Shown: positions 40,423-51,400 of the stretch, one piece after another
Position numbering within the stretch: position 1 is the first letter of the stretch
Layout: each line of letters begins with the position of its first letter
Virus record (IMG/VR): IMGVR_UViG_3300030419_005541
Span: 62,523 to 126,522 of that record
Origin: a virus
Direction: 5' to 3' (one strand)
DNA: 64,000 bases
The notes under the pieces: model-generated
What the model was told of the DNA's origin: nothing
The model's input: the letters and a program-made list of their open reading frames with translations, nothing else
The model's database searches: none
Made by a program: the position numbers and the translations under genes

Positions 40423-40925
40423 TGGCAAGCGCAACTGACAAAAGAAGAATTTTAGTAAATGCTGTTGTTTCATTGAAAGATGAAAGCAATAAAGCATCAG
40501 ACCTTGGATTTAGACATACACTTACAAGAAAAAGAAAACCATATAAACTAAATCTTAAAGATACATTATCTAATAGAAATGAAGATTTGTTATCTCACGG
40601 ACATATAAAAAGATATATAGAAGAAAAAACAATTTGTTTAAACAAACGTAAAATAGCAGTAGATTCTACAAAACAAACTTTTCAGTTAGATGTTCCTACA
40701 GGATATAAAACGGTTACCGGAAGTGTATCTTTTAAAGTGAACGGAGTAGAACAACATAGTACAGATAATCAAGCAACAGCGATGACATCAAGTATTGATT
40801 ATTTCATCGGTGACTCACCAAATTATGAATTTGTTTATTTATATAAACCTCGACAAGACCATAGTGGTTTGTTGGTAGATAATCGAGACTCCTTAATAAT
40901 TAATTATAGAGTGGAGAAAGCATAG
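40422..40925 (+). CDS. Structural protein, related to 39958..40422
   Basis: 'VNGVEQ...DYF...LYKP...D.LIINY' pattern, similar to the upstream gene. Confidence 0.45.
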   Translation: MASATDKRRILVNAVVSLKDESNKASDLGFRHTLTRKRKPYKLNLKDTLSNRNEDLLSHGHIKRYIEEKTICLNKRKIAVDSTKQTFQLDVPTGYKTVTGSVSFKVNGVEQHSTDNQATAMTSSIDYFIGDSPNYEFVYLYKPRQDHSGLLVDNRDSLIINYRVEKA

Positions 40926-43900
40926 TGGCTAAAATAGATTTAATAAGACAGGTAAAAGGACCGCAAACAGCATCAGTATATGTACGTACTACAGCTGTTA
41001 CGAGTTCACTTACAGGTGAATATGATTTAGAATTTGTACCTATTACAGGAATAAGTGCATCAGTAGATGGTCCTGCAATTAGTGGTTCTCTTTCTAAAGC
41101 ACATTTATCTTCAAAAGTACCTAATCTTGTAAGTGGCTCAGCACAAGTAAAAAGTTTATTACCCGCAGGAAGCGTAAGTAGTTCAGCACAGATATCAAGT
41201 TTAACAGGTGTTGTTAGTGGTTCAGCACAAATAGCTACAGATATTAGTGGTGCTTTTTCAGCACCAAGTGCTTCTTTTAGTACACGATTAACAACTGCAG
41301 AAACAGAACTATCTCTAACATTATTAAGTGGCTCAGCACAAGTAAAAAGTTTACTACCTGCGGGAACCGTAAGTAGTTCAGCACAAATATCAAATTTAAC
41401 AGGTGTTGTTAGTGCCTCAGGTCAACTTTCTTCAGATATTAGTGGTTCTCTTTCTAAAGCACATTTATCTTCAAAAGTACCAGGTGTAGTTAGTGGTTCA
41501 GCACAAATTAGGGCTGACATTAGTGGTTCTTGGACTCCATCAAGTGCATCATTTTCAACAAGATTGACAACTGCTGAATCAGAATTATCACTTACTTTAT
41601 TAAGTGGTTCAGCACAAGTAAAAAGTTTATTGCCTGCAGGAACAATAAGTAGTTCTCAGCAAATACGAAGCTTACCTAAGATGGAAGATAAAACAATTAA
41701 GATTTCACAAGTAGGTGGTGCAAATGTAAAAACTCTTGTAAACGAGTCTAATCAGCCTATCTTAAATGATGGTGATATTTTACAATGGAGTCTTTCAGAA
41801 GGACAATTTGTACAAAGACAAAGAATAATTAATCCAACTATGTCTTTTAATTCTTCTACAAATGGTTTGGCTATTCAAGGTGGTAACTCTGTAGACTTAT
41901 CAAGTCTTGCCGGAGGAGGCGGAGGCGGAGGCTCAGGTCTTGCTCTAACTGCTTCTAACGAAGGAAGTGCTTTAAGTAAAAACGTTAGAAGTATTAATTT
42001 TGTTGGTAGTGATATAACTGCATCAAATTCCGGAAACGCAGTAACGGTAACTTTAAGACAAACTCCATTTGATGGTAATCGTGTAGTGTCTAATCCAACT
42101 ATAGGACAATTATACTCTGACGAGTTTAATGCAGGTACTTCAGGGTCTATAGTAGACTTTTTGAATGGTATGTTTTTCCCAAATACAGCACCAACACTCT
42201 CAAGTAGTAAAATGGAGATAAATGAATTTGAAACAGGAAGTGCGGTTGTAGGAACAATAACCGCAACAGATGCTGAACAATCTTCTGCGAGTGGTACTTT
42301 GACTTTTGGTACAGGAAGTTACGCCGCAGCAGTTTTTCAAATACATAGTGGTAGTGGACAAATTACCGTAAGACCAGGTAAACATACATCTGCAAGTTTA
42401 AATATAACTAATCCAGGTGATGGCACACTTAGACACTCATTTCCTGCAACCGTTAGTGATGGAATTGTCACAAGCACTGCTAATATTTTTATTAGAATTA
42501 TACCAAACACCGCTCCTAAATTTAGAACAACAAGTGTAGGTGGTTCGATAATAACAAATCAAACGGGTAGTGTAAATGAAAACACAACAAATGGTACAAC
42601 GGTATCAACAATTTTTGTAACAGATAGTGAATCTGATACTCTTACAATTTCAGCATTAAGTCAAAGTGCTGGAAATAAATTTGCGATGGCAGTTGCGAAT
42701 GTAGCAGGTGGTAAAAGATTAACAATAACTACAAATACTTCAAGTTTTGATTTTGAGACTGCTACACAACATAATTTAGAAGTTAGTGCTTCTGACCAAC
42801 ATCACGGAAACACAAGTGGTAGCTATCTAACAACTTTACCAATAAGAGTAAATGTAGTAGATAACGTTTTACCGACTATGGGAAGTCACGCATTTAACGT
42901 TCACGAACATAGTGGTAGTAATGTTAACAACGGACTTGGAGCAAATACAAATAGTCAAACAAGAGTAGGTAATCTTACTGCTAATGACGCAGAAGGTGAT
43001 ACGATAACTTTTACAGGTTTAACCGTAACAAGTGGTAGTGGAAAGGGTAATACAAATCAAAGTAATCCTGCTAATGACCCTTTTCAAGTTTCAAGTACAG
43101 GTGAAGTTCAATTAAAAGCAGGTCAATATTTAAATGCTGATGTATTTAAACAATATAAATATAATGCAAGTTATAGAGACAATTTTAACAATGCAAGTTC
43201 GAGTGGTGTTATAACAATAAACATTTTACCTGAACCTGTACCAACTTTAACAAGTAATGCGCCTTTCTTTATGATAGAAAGTGGAGTTGCGACTAATACG
43301 GTGAGAGTTGGAACAGATGGTAGAAGTGGAGCAGTTGCTGATTTTAATTCTAACGCTACGGTTTCAATGAGTGTTAGTTCTTCAGGATTCTTTGCATTAA
43401 GTAGTGAAGGAAATTTATCACTCGCAACAAATGTTAGTGCGAGTACGTTTACATCCGGTAGTACTATAACAGGAGCAGTTAGTGCTTCTACGGCTTATGG
43501 TACGGTAGCAACTTCTTCATTTTCTGTCAAGATTACAAAGAATAATGCACCAACACCATCTTTCAGTAATACATCAGCTAACTTGAATACAAACGGTGCG
43601 AGACCAAGTAATACATTGACTACGATATCTTTTAGTGATGCAGAAAGTGATACTCTTGAACATCCTTCATTTGTATTCACAGACCCAAGTGGTCAGTTAG
43701 ATACAAACAAAGTCGGTAACACATATCAAGTAAGAGCAGAGACTAATTTAAGTGCATCTGTTTATCAGATGACAGCATCTATAAAAGATGAACACGGATT
43801 TAATACAGGAACTACAAAACACACAATAACGATAGCACAAGCAGGTTCAGGGTCAATGACTACAAATGGCACGTTTCGTATACGAGATACTGCAACAAGT

Positions 43901-44731
43901 GGTTCAAAAATAGTAACTGCGGCAGATGGCGACCCAACAGGAACACAAGGTGATTTAGGAGTTACATATTCACCAAACTATAACTCACAAGCAGTACAAA
44001 ACTTTACATCTTCAAATGCCGCTATACATATTGCAGACAACGGTAATTTGACCGTTAAACAGAACTTTGGTGGAGCAGGAAAACAAGCAGGAGATACTCT
44101 TACATCTACGATTAACTTTCAAGACCAATTTGGAAACTTTGGAACAGGTTCATTAACTCTTAATGTCGTAGCGACACCAAACTTAGTTTACGGTTATGGT
44201 TGGTCAGGTGGTAGTGCGGCAGCAGAATCTACTGCGATAGCATCTATGGGTGATTCAGGTGCAGATGGAGATGCAATCACAAGTGGTAGTGTAATAGCTA
44301 TGTTACAAAGTGGTTCGTTAGGAAGTACATTTACACCTTCTTATGTTGGAGGTGCGATGACATTACATAAGAGTGCTTCTTTAGCAACTATGTCTGATTC
44401 AAGTGGAAACGGAATCTCAGATTTAGGTCATTTTAATTTTTCAAGTCTTTCACAAAGAACAATAATAATATTTGCTTCAGCTTCAAATCAAGCAGGAAAA
44501 CCAAGAAGTATGTACGATGGAGTACCACCCGATTCGACAGGTACTGATAAAGAATATTATTTATATGCAAAAGATGCCTCAATTCCAGGAACTATGCAAA
44601 CAGGAATTTATTATTTTAATATAAAAACTCCGATAAATGGAGTTTCAAGGTGGGGTATGATTTTTGGTGAAGGTAAAAACACTAATAATTCACGGTATTT
44701 CTTGATGCCTGATTCGGCATCAGCACCTTAA
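40925..44731 (+). CDS. Large fibre/adhesin with N-terminal SGSAQ repeats and cadherin-like repeats
   Basis: GTG start. The repeats 'N.AP.(F/L)...(I/V)NE...G..V.T...D.E.D.(L/I)T' recur about four times. Confidence 0.65.
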   Translation: MAKIDLIRQVKGPQTASVYVRTTAVTSSLTGEYDLEFVPITGISASVDGPAISGSLSKAHLSSKVPNLVSGSAQVKSLLPAGSVSSSAQISSLTGVVSGSAQIATDISGAFSAPSASFSTRLTTAETELSLTLLSGSAQVKSLLPAGTVSSSAQISNLTGVVSASGQLSSDISGSLSKAHLSSKVPGVVSGSAQIRADISGSWTPSSASFSTRLTTAESELSLTLLSGSAQVKSLLPAGTISSSQQIRSLPKMEDKTIKISQVGGANVKTLVNESNQPILNDGDILQWSLSEGQFVQRQRIINPTMSFNSSTNGLAIQGGNSVDLSSLAGGGGGGGSGLALTASNEGSALSKNVRSINFVGSDITASNSGNAVTVTLRQTPFDGNRVVSNPTIGQLYSDEFNAGTSGSIVDFLNGMFFPNTAPTLSSSKMEINEFETGSAVVGTITATDAEQSSASGTLTFGTGSYAAAVFQIHSGSGQITVRPGKHTSASLNITNPGDGTLRHSFPATVSDGIVTSTANIFIRIIPNTAPKFRTTSVGGSIITNQTGSVNENTTNGTTVSTIFVTDSESDTLTISALSQSAGNKFAMAVANVAGGKRLTITTNTSSFDFETATQHNLEVSASDQHHGNTSGSYLTTLPIRVNVVDNVLPTMGSHAFNVHEHSGSNVNNGLGANTNSQTRVGNLTANDAEGDTITFTGLTVTSGSGKGNTNQSNPANDPFQVSSTGEVQLKAGQYLNADVFKQYKYNASYRDNFNNASSSGVITINILPEPVPTLTSNAPFFMIESGVATNTVRVGTDGRSGAVADFNSNATVSMSVSSSGFFALSSEGNLSLATNVSASTFTSGSTITGAVSASTAYGTVATSSFSVKITKNNAPTPSFSNTSANLNTNGARPSNTLTTISFSDAESDTLEHPSFVFTDPSGQLDTNKVGNTYQVRAETNLSASVYQMTASIKDEHGFNTGTTKHTITIAQAGSGSMTTNGTFRIRDTATSGSKIVTAADGDPTGTQGDLGVTYSPNYNSQAVQNFTSSNAAIHIADNGNLTVKQNFGGAGKQAGDTLTSTINFQDQFGNFGTGSLTLNVVATPNLVYGYGWSGGSAAAESTAIASMGDSGADGDAITSGSVIAMLQSGSLGSTFTPSYVGGAMTLHKSASLATMSDSSGNGISDLGHFNFSSLSQRTIIIFASASNQAGKPRSMYDGVPPDSTGTDKEYYLYAKDASIPGTMQTGIYYFNIKTPINGVSRWGMIFGEGKNTNNSRYFLMPDSASAP
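41078..41660 (+). repeat. In-frame imperfect tandem/dispersed repeats in the fibre gene
   Basis: 'ISGSLSKAHLSSKVP' occurs twice, 'SASFSTRLTTAE.ELSLTLL' twice and 'SGSAQVKSLLPAG' three times, with high DNA identity. Confidence 0.8.
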
Positions 44732-44743
44732 TGGAGAGTATGA

Positions 44744-45466
44744 ATGGCAACAACAGCAGGTGATATTTATGTAAGAAGTGGAGCATCAGGTTCATTTACC
44801 GGAGCAGAATATGTTCAGGGTGGATGGATAACCGTAGCATCACAATCCAATATGAATTCCATCTATCACGATAGGATATCTGATGGTCAAGTAGCTTACG
44901 TAAGAAGTTCAAATAGAGTTTACATAGCAACAAAATTTGTAGCATTTCAGACACCTGGCTATGGCGGAACTTCAGATTCAGCATCTTGGACTGATTTAGT
45001 TTGGCCATCCGCAAGTTTTGCTTCTAACGGTGGCGGAGGAGGTGGTATAACTATCTCTAATAATGCTAATAATAGAGTTTTAACGGGTGATGGTTCTAAT
45101 GCAGTAGCAGAAACAAAATTAACATTTGATGGTACAACACTAACTTTAGGTGCGGCAACAACTGCTTCTTTTAAGAGATTAGATGCTGAAGTTATAAGTT
45201 CAAGTCTTGTACAAGTAGATGCTTCAACTTTACAAATAGGTGGTACATCAATAAATAAAACGTTGGTTGACAACGTAAAATTAAGTTTTAGTTCTACAGA
45301 AGTACAAACATCTGAAAATGTAACTACAGAAGCGGCAACAGGTTCGTTTTCAGGTTATGTTACATCATCATTATTTTTATTATCATCAGTACAAGGAGCA
45401 CCGCCAACAGCTAAAGCAGGTGGAATGATGTTTAGTGGTAGTGCTTTTTACTTAGGATTCGAATAA
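44744..45466 (+). CDS. Fibre-like structural protein
   Basis: Poly-G hinge, then 'NNRVLT...AE..LTFDGTTL', which is shared with the next gene. Confidence 0.55.
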   Translation: MATTAGDIYVRSGASGSFTGAEYVQGGWITVASQSNMNSIYHDRISDGQVAYVRSSNRVYIATKFVAFQTPGYGGTSDSASWTDLVWPSASFASNGGGGGGITISNNANNRVLTGDGSNAVAETKLTFDGTTLTLGAATTASFKRLDAEVISSSLVQVDASTLQIGGTSINKTLVDNVKLSFSSTEVQTSENVTTEAATGSFSGYVTSSLFLLSSVQGAPPTAKAGGMMFSGSAFYLGFE

Positions 45467-45493
45467 GAATGAAAGAATTTTTTAAGCATTTCA

Positions 45494-45501
45494 TATTTAT
45501 A
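45494..45501 (+). promoter_or_regulatory. TATTTATA late-promoter-like motif
   Basis: Intergenic, before 45549. Confidence 0.55.
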
Positions 45502-45548
45502 GATATGAATATTCATAGTAACAATAACCTTAATTAAGGAGAATAATA

Positions 45549-47324
45549 ATGGCAAGTTGGAAAAAAGTAATCGTCTCAGGCTCGAAAGCTGTCCTTGCCG
45601 AAGTGACAGCATCAGCGGGCTTTTCAGGAGATGGTTCAGGATTAACAGGTATTACAGCTACGTCTGTAAATATCGATGGTCTTGATGCGTTAGGTGGAAC
45701 AGGACTCCATCAAACACAAGACCACTTTATGTTTTCCGATAACGGAACAGAAAAGAAAATAACATTTAGTAATATGCAAGATGCAATTTTTGCTGATGTA
45801 AGTGGAGACGTAGCAATCGCCGCAGGTGGTGCCGCTACGATACAAGCTGATTCAGTTGAAAACTCTATGTTAGCAAATATAACACGAGGTAGTGTTAAAG
45901 TTGGTGGGGCAGCAAATGCACCTACAGATTTAGACGCTAAGACAAGTGGACAAATACTTGTTGGTGATGGAACTGATATTGTTTCAGTAGCAGTTAGTGG
46001 TGATGCTACATTATCAAGTGCAGGTGCTTTAACAATCGCCGCAGATTCTGTTTCTAACTCAATGTTAGAAAATATGACACGTGGTACGGTCAAAGTTGGT
46101 GGTGGTTCAAATGCTCCAACTGACTTAGATGCTAAAACAGATGGTCAAATTTTAGTCGGTGACGGAACAGACATTGCTTCAGTAGCAGTTAGTGGTGATG
46201 TAACATTATCTAATACAGGTGCTGTGACAATCGCTGCAAACGCAGTTGAAGGTTCAATGTTAAATTCAAACGTCGCAGGTACAGGACTTGACTATGGTTC
46301 AGACGAATTATCAGTAGACGTTTCAGACTTTATGACAAACGGTTCTAATAATAGAATCGTGACTGCAACAGGTACAGATGGAATGAACGGTGAAGCTAAT
46401 CTTACATTTGACGGAACTATTTTAAGCATTACAGGTAATGTAACTGCTTCTGCAGGTTTTACAGGTTCATTTGTAGGTGATGGTTCAGGACTGACAGGTG
46501 TAACAGGTACCGTTGACGTTGATTCGTTATCCGCATTAGGTGGTGCTTCTCTTCATCAAACACAAGACCATTTCTTAGTTTCTGATAATGGTACTGAAAA
46601 GAAAGTTACTTTTAGTAATTTAGAAGATAGTATCTTTGCAAACGTAAGTGGTGACGCAACCGTAGCCGCAGGTGGTGCTTTAACAATCGCCGCAGATTCT
46701 GTACAAGGAACTATGTTAAATGATGATGTTGCTGATGATTCAACTATTGAAGTATCAAGTAATAATCTTTCTGTATTGAAAGTTCCAAATGCGTTAACAG
46801 CAGGAGATGGTATTTCTGCGGGTGGTACTTTTGATGGTGCTACAGCAAGAACATTTGCTGTTGATTTATCAGGTTTATCTACCGTATCAATCGGTGCAGG
46901 TACATCTGAAGTAACCGTTAATGATAATCTTACCGTAACAGGTGATTTGACCGTTAATGGTGATAGAACTATCGTATCTACAACTAATTTGGTAGTAGAA
47001 GATAAATTCATCACACTTGCAAGTGGTTCAAGTGCCGCTACAGATGGTGGTATTGTTGTTCAAACTGCAGCAGCAGGTACAGGTGCCGCGCTTGTTTGGG
47101 ACACAGGTGTTGATAGATGGGCAGTAGCAGGTGAATCAACATTGAGTGGAGGTGCAGTTAGCGTTGATGCGTCTGTCGCCGCTTATGATTACATCGTAGG
47201 TGTTTCAGGTTCAACACTTAATCCAAACTTGGCAAGTGGTACGCCAACATTAGGTGCATCAAATCATAGATATGGTCAAATGCACGTTAACACTACAAGT
47301 GGTGATATTTTTATTTACTCTTAA
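45549..47324 (+). CDS. Fibre protein with internal duplications
   Basis: Starts MASWKKVIVSGS. Repeats are 'VSGD.T...G.(L/V)TIAA..V...ML', 'LHQTQDHF..SDNGTEKK.TFSN' (x2) and 'APTDLDAKT.GQILVGDGTD' (x2). Confidence 0.65.
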   Translation: MASWKKVIVSGSKAVLAEVTASAGFSGDGSGLTGITATSVNIDGLDALGGTGLHQTQDHFMFSDNGTEKKITFSNMQDAIFADVSGDVAIAAGGAATIQADSVENSMLANITRGSVKVGGAANAPTDLDAKTSGQILVGDGTDIVSVAVSGDATLSSAGALTIAADSVSNSMLENMTRGTVKVGGGSNAPTDLDAKTDGQILVGDGTDIASVAVSGDVTLSNTGAVTIAANAVEGSMLNSNVAGTGLDYGSDELSVDVSDFMTNGSNNRIVTATGTDGMNGEANLTFDGTILSITGNVTASAGFTGSFVGDGSGLTGVTGTVDVDSLSALGGASLHQTQDHFLVSDNGTEKKVTFSNLEDSIFANVSGDATVAAGGALTIAADSVQGTMLNDDVADDSTIEVSSNNLSVLKVPNALTAGDGISAGGTFDGATARTFAVDLSGLSTVSIGAGTSEVTVNDNLTVTGDLTVNGDRTIVSTTNLVVEDKFITLASGSSAATDGGIVVQTAAAGTGAALVWDTGVDRWAVAGESTLSGGAVSVDASVAAYDYIVGVSGSTLNPNLASGTPTLGASNHRYGQMHVNTTSGDIFIYS

Positions 47325-47353
47325 TCTTAAATGACAAGGTGAAAAGGTTTTTT

Positions 47354-47581
47354 ATGGGTTTAGTAGATAAAATGAACGCGAAAAGTGTTAAAAAAAGTGT
47401 GAAAAAAACACAACCTAAAAAAGATGCTTCAGGACTTAGCCTGAGGCATCTTGAATGGTTGTTAAAAACAATAAGAGATGCTGAACATTTAAAAGGTTCA
47501 GAATTACAAATTGCAACTGAAACGGTGCAATGGTTACAAAACGAATATATGAGGTTACAAAATGAAATTGGAAGTAAATGA
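47354..47581 (+). CDS. Small hypothetical protein (possible fibre assembly helper)
   Basis: Short helical ORF. The start is uncertain (47339 GTG or 47354 ATG). Confidence 0.45.
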   Translation: MGLVDKMNAKSVKKSVKKTQPKKDASGLSLRHLEWLLKTIRDAEHLKGSELQIATETVQWLQNEYMRLQNEIGSK

Positions 47582-47747
47582 GTTGGCGTTTATAAAAGAT
47601 TGTATTTATAATACGGCAATACAAGGTAAAGATTCTATTTTTGTAGGAGATTTATTAAGAAAAATTTTGAAAGAAAACGATAGACTTATAGCAATACAAA
47701 AGAAAAAAGAAGCGGAGATGCAAGAAGTCTATATTAAAGAAAAGTAG
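47562..47747 (+). CDS. Small hypothetical protein
   Basis: 61 aa with GAGG SD. The 'L...EL.F....I....I.G' pattern is similar to the upstream small ORF. Confidence 0.45.
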   Translation: MKLEVNELAFIKDCIYNTAIQGKDSIFVGDLLRKILKENDRLIAIQKKKEAEMQEVYIKEK

Positions 47748-47800
47748 TCTATATCGGCCCGAAAGGGAAGTGGGCTCAGAAGAGTAACCAACCATATAGG
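47748..47800 (+). ncRNA. Candidate structured cis-regulatory RNA (three-way junction)
   Basis: Closing stem CTATAT.GG/CC.ATATAG, hairpin CCC-GAAA-GGG, and TGG-GCTC-AGAA-GAGT-AA-CCA. It is a GC-rich island overlapping the SD of 47812. Confidence 0.45.
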
Positions 47801-47811
47801 AGAAGTAGTAA

Positions 47812-48450
47812 ATGCCAAGTTGGAAAAAATTAGTCACGAGCGGTAGTGACGCTTCAATACCAAGTGTATCACCTTCAGGTGATTTTACTATCGATGCAGG
47901 TTCAAATATCAATCTTGATGCTGATGGTGCAGTTATAAAATTAAAAGATGATGGAACAGAATTTGGTAGATTAAGTAGAGTTTCTTCTGATTTAGTTATA
48001 AAATCCGCAGGTAATAATAATGATATTATATTCAAAGGTGTTGATGCTTCATCAACCATAACTGCACTTACTTTAGATATGTCTGAAGGCGGAAATGCTA
48101 ATTTTGAAGGTTATGTAAGTGGTTCAGCATTGGTAGGTATACAAACTGCCGCTTCAATGACAGGTGCAAACAACGTAGATTTATCAACATCTGCAAATCA
48201 TAATATTACAATAACAGGGAATATCACTTTAACTCCAACAAACTTCGCAGGAAGAAAAGGACAAAGTGGTATTATAACATTAATTCAAGATAGTTCAGGT
48301 GGTCATTCAATAACATTAAATTCATTGTTTAAAACGCCTAGGGGAGATTCCATAAGCTTTGATACATCTGCTGATGGCGTATCACTAATGTCTTATTACG
48401 TGATAGACGCAACAAGAGTAGCAGTTAATTACTTAGGTCCATTCTCGTAA
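47812..48450 (+). CDS. Short fibre/adaptor protein
   Basis: Starts MPSWKKLVTSGS (like 45549). The C-terminal 'GQSGIITLIQDSSGGHSITL' beta-domain is of a kind seen at fibre tips. Confidence 0.55.
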   Translation: MPSWKKLVTSGSDASIPSVSPSGDFTIDAGSNINLDADGAVIKLKDDGTEFGRLSRVSSDLVIKSAGNNNDIIFKGVDASSTITALTLDMSEGGNANFEGYVSGSALVGIQTAASMTGANNVDLSTSANHNITITGNITLTPTNFAGRKGQSGIITLIQDSSGGHSITLNSLFKTPRGDSISFDTSADGVSLMSYYVIDATRVAVNYLGPFS

Positions 48451-48467
48451 TGAGATAGGAGTTACAC

Positions 48468-51400
48468 ATGGTCGGTGGATTCGGATTTTTAGACGAATTA
48501 AAATTCAATACTGAATTTAATACTACTAAAAGTACAAGTACTTCTAAGAACACCACCTTAGCCACTTCTACATCAAAAGCTACTGCTACTTCAAAAAGTA
48601 CAATTACTACTTTTAATACTACAAAAGAAACTACTACAACTTATAATACTACCAAGTCAACTATAACGACTTTTGATACAACTCTAAGTACTGCTACTTC
48701 AAAATCAACGTCAACTTCAAAAAGTACGTCTACAACTTTTAACACTACGTTAGAAACTATTACTGCCTACAACACTACGTTAGAAACTATTACTACCTAC
48801 AACACTACGTTAGAAACTATTACAACTTACGAAACAACTAAGAGTACTATAGAATCAAGAGCAACTGCTACTTCGAAAGCAACTATTACGACTTTTAATA
48901 CCACGTTAGAAACTATTGAATCTCGTGCTACTTCTACATCGAAAAGTACGATTACAACTTTTGAAACGACTTTAGAAACTATCACGACATATAATACTAC
49001 TCTGAGTACGATAGAAACACGGGCGACATCCACCTCAAAGTCCACCATAACTACTTTTAATACTACGTTAGAAACAATTACAACTTATGAAACTACTCTG
49101 AGTACTATTGAACAGCGGTCCACGGGTACTTCTAAGTCAACTATAACTACTTTTAATACTACGTTAACAACTATCACAACTTTTGAAACTACGTTAAGTA
49201 CGATAGAAACACGGGCGACATCCACCTCAAAAAGTACGATTACAACTTATGAAACTACTCTGAGTACCATTGAACAACGAGCCACCTCTACTTCAAAAAG
49301 TACTATTACCACGTATAATACAACATTAGCAACTATAACAACTTATGAAACTACTCTGAGTACTATTGAATCTCGGGCTACTTCGACCTCAAAAAGTACG
49401 ATTACAACTTATGAAACTACATTAGAAACTATTGAAACTCGTGCTACTTCGACTTCAAAAAGTACAATTACTACTTTTGAAACTACATTGGCAACTATTA
49501 CTACCTATGAGACTACTCTGAGTACGATAGAATCAAGAGCAACCTCTACTTCAAAAACTACGATTACAACTTTTATTACTTCGAAGAGTACTATCACAAC
49601 TTATAATACTATTACAACTTATAGTACGATAACGACTTATAATACTACCTTAGCAACTATTACAACTTACAATACTATAAAAGAAACCACCACAACTTTT
49701 GATACAATTACAACATATTCTACAATTACAACTTATGAAACTTCTAAGTCAACAATTACGACCTATAATACTATTACAACTTATAGTACGATAACGACTT
49801 ATAATACTACAAAAAGTACGACAACAACTTTTAGTACTATTACAACTTATAGTACAATTACAACGTATAATACCACTTTAGCAACTATTACAACTTACGA
49901 AACTTCTGTAAGTACTATTGAATCGAGGTCCACAGGTACATCAAAATCTACGATTACTACTTACAACACTACATTGGCAACTATTACAACCTATGAGACT
50001 TCTAAAAGCACAATAGAAACAAGGGCAACGTCTACTTCGAAATCAACTACTACAACTTATAATACTATAAAAGAAACTACTACGACTTTTAGTACTATTA
50101 CAACTTATAGTACAATTACAACGTATAATACCACTTTAGCAACTATTACAACGTATGAAACGACTAAGAGTACTATTGAGCAGAGGTCTACTTCTACTTC
50201 AAGAGCTACGATTACAACTTTTATTACTTCGAAGGCAACTATTACGACTTATAATACTACCCTAAGTACCATTGAGCAGAGGTCTACTTCTACTTCAAGA
50301 GCTACTATTACAACTTTTAATACTACTAAGAGCACCACAACTACTTATAATACTATTACTACTAAAGCAACTATAACTACTTTTGAAACTTCTAAAAGTA
50401 CAATAGAAACAAGAGCTACTTCTACATCGAAAAGCACGAGTACAACTTATGAAACCACATTAAGTACAATAGAAACGAGGTCTACAGGTACATCAAAAAG
50501 TACTACAACGATTTATTCTACCGCGACTACAAAAGAAACTACTACAACTTATAATACTACGAAAAGTACGACTACTGCGTATGCTACTTCTACTACAAAA
50601 GAAACTACTACAACTTATAATACTACGGCAAGTACGACTACCGCATATGCTACTTCTACTACAAAAGAAACCACTACAACATTTGGTACAATTACGGTTT
50701 ATAGTACAATTACAACGTTTAATACAACATTGGCAACTATTACAACGTATAATACAACGTTGGCAACTATTACAACTTATAATACTATTACCACAAAGAG
50801 TACAATTACAAGTTATAATACTATTACTTCGAAAACTACGATTACAACTTTTAATACTTCTAAAAGCACAATAGAAACAAGAAGTACGATTACATCGAAA
50901 ACTACAAGTACAACTTATAATACTACTTTAGCAACTATTACAACTTATAATACTTCTAAAAGTACAATAGAAACAAGAAGTACGATTACAACTTTTATTA
51001 CTTCAAAAAATACAATTACAGAGTTTTCACAAATTACTATTTTTTCTACGATTACAACAAGAATTACAACGAGAGAAACAGATACGGTTTATGAAACATC
51101 TAAGTCAACTACCACGACTTATATAACTTCAAAATCGACTACAAGAAGCACTCTTGAAGTAAAAAGTACAACTACAACTTATAATACTACGAAAAGTACG
51201 ATTACATCATATCTTTCAAGTTTTAATACGATTACTTCGAAGAATACTACTACCACAAGGAGTACAGCTACTTCAAAAAATACAACTACTATTTATGCTA
51301 CGATTACAACGTTTAATACCAATACTTCAAAAACCACGGTTTTCAATACTACTAAAAATACCGTAAACGCAACTATTTATGGAACGTATAGAAATACTAC

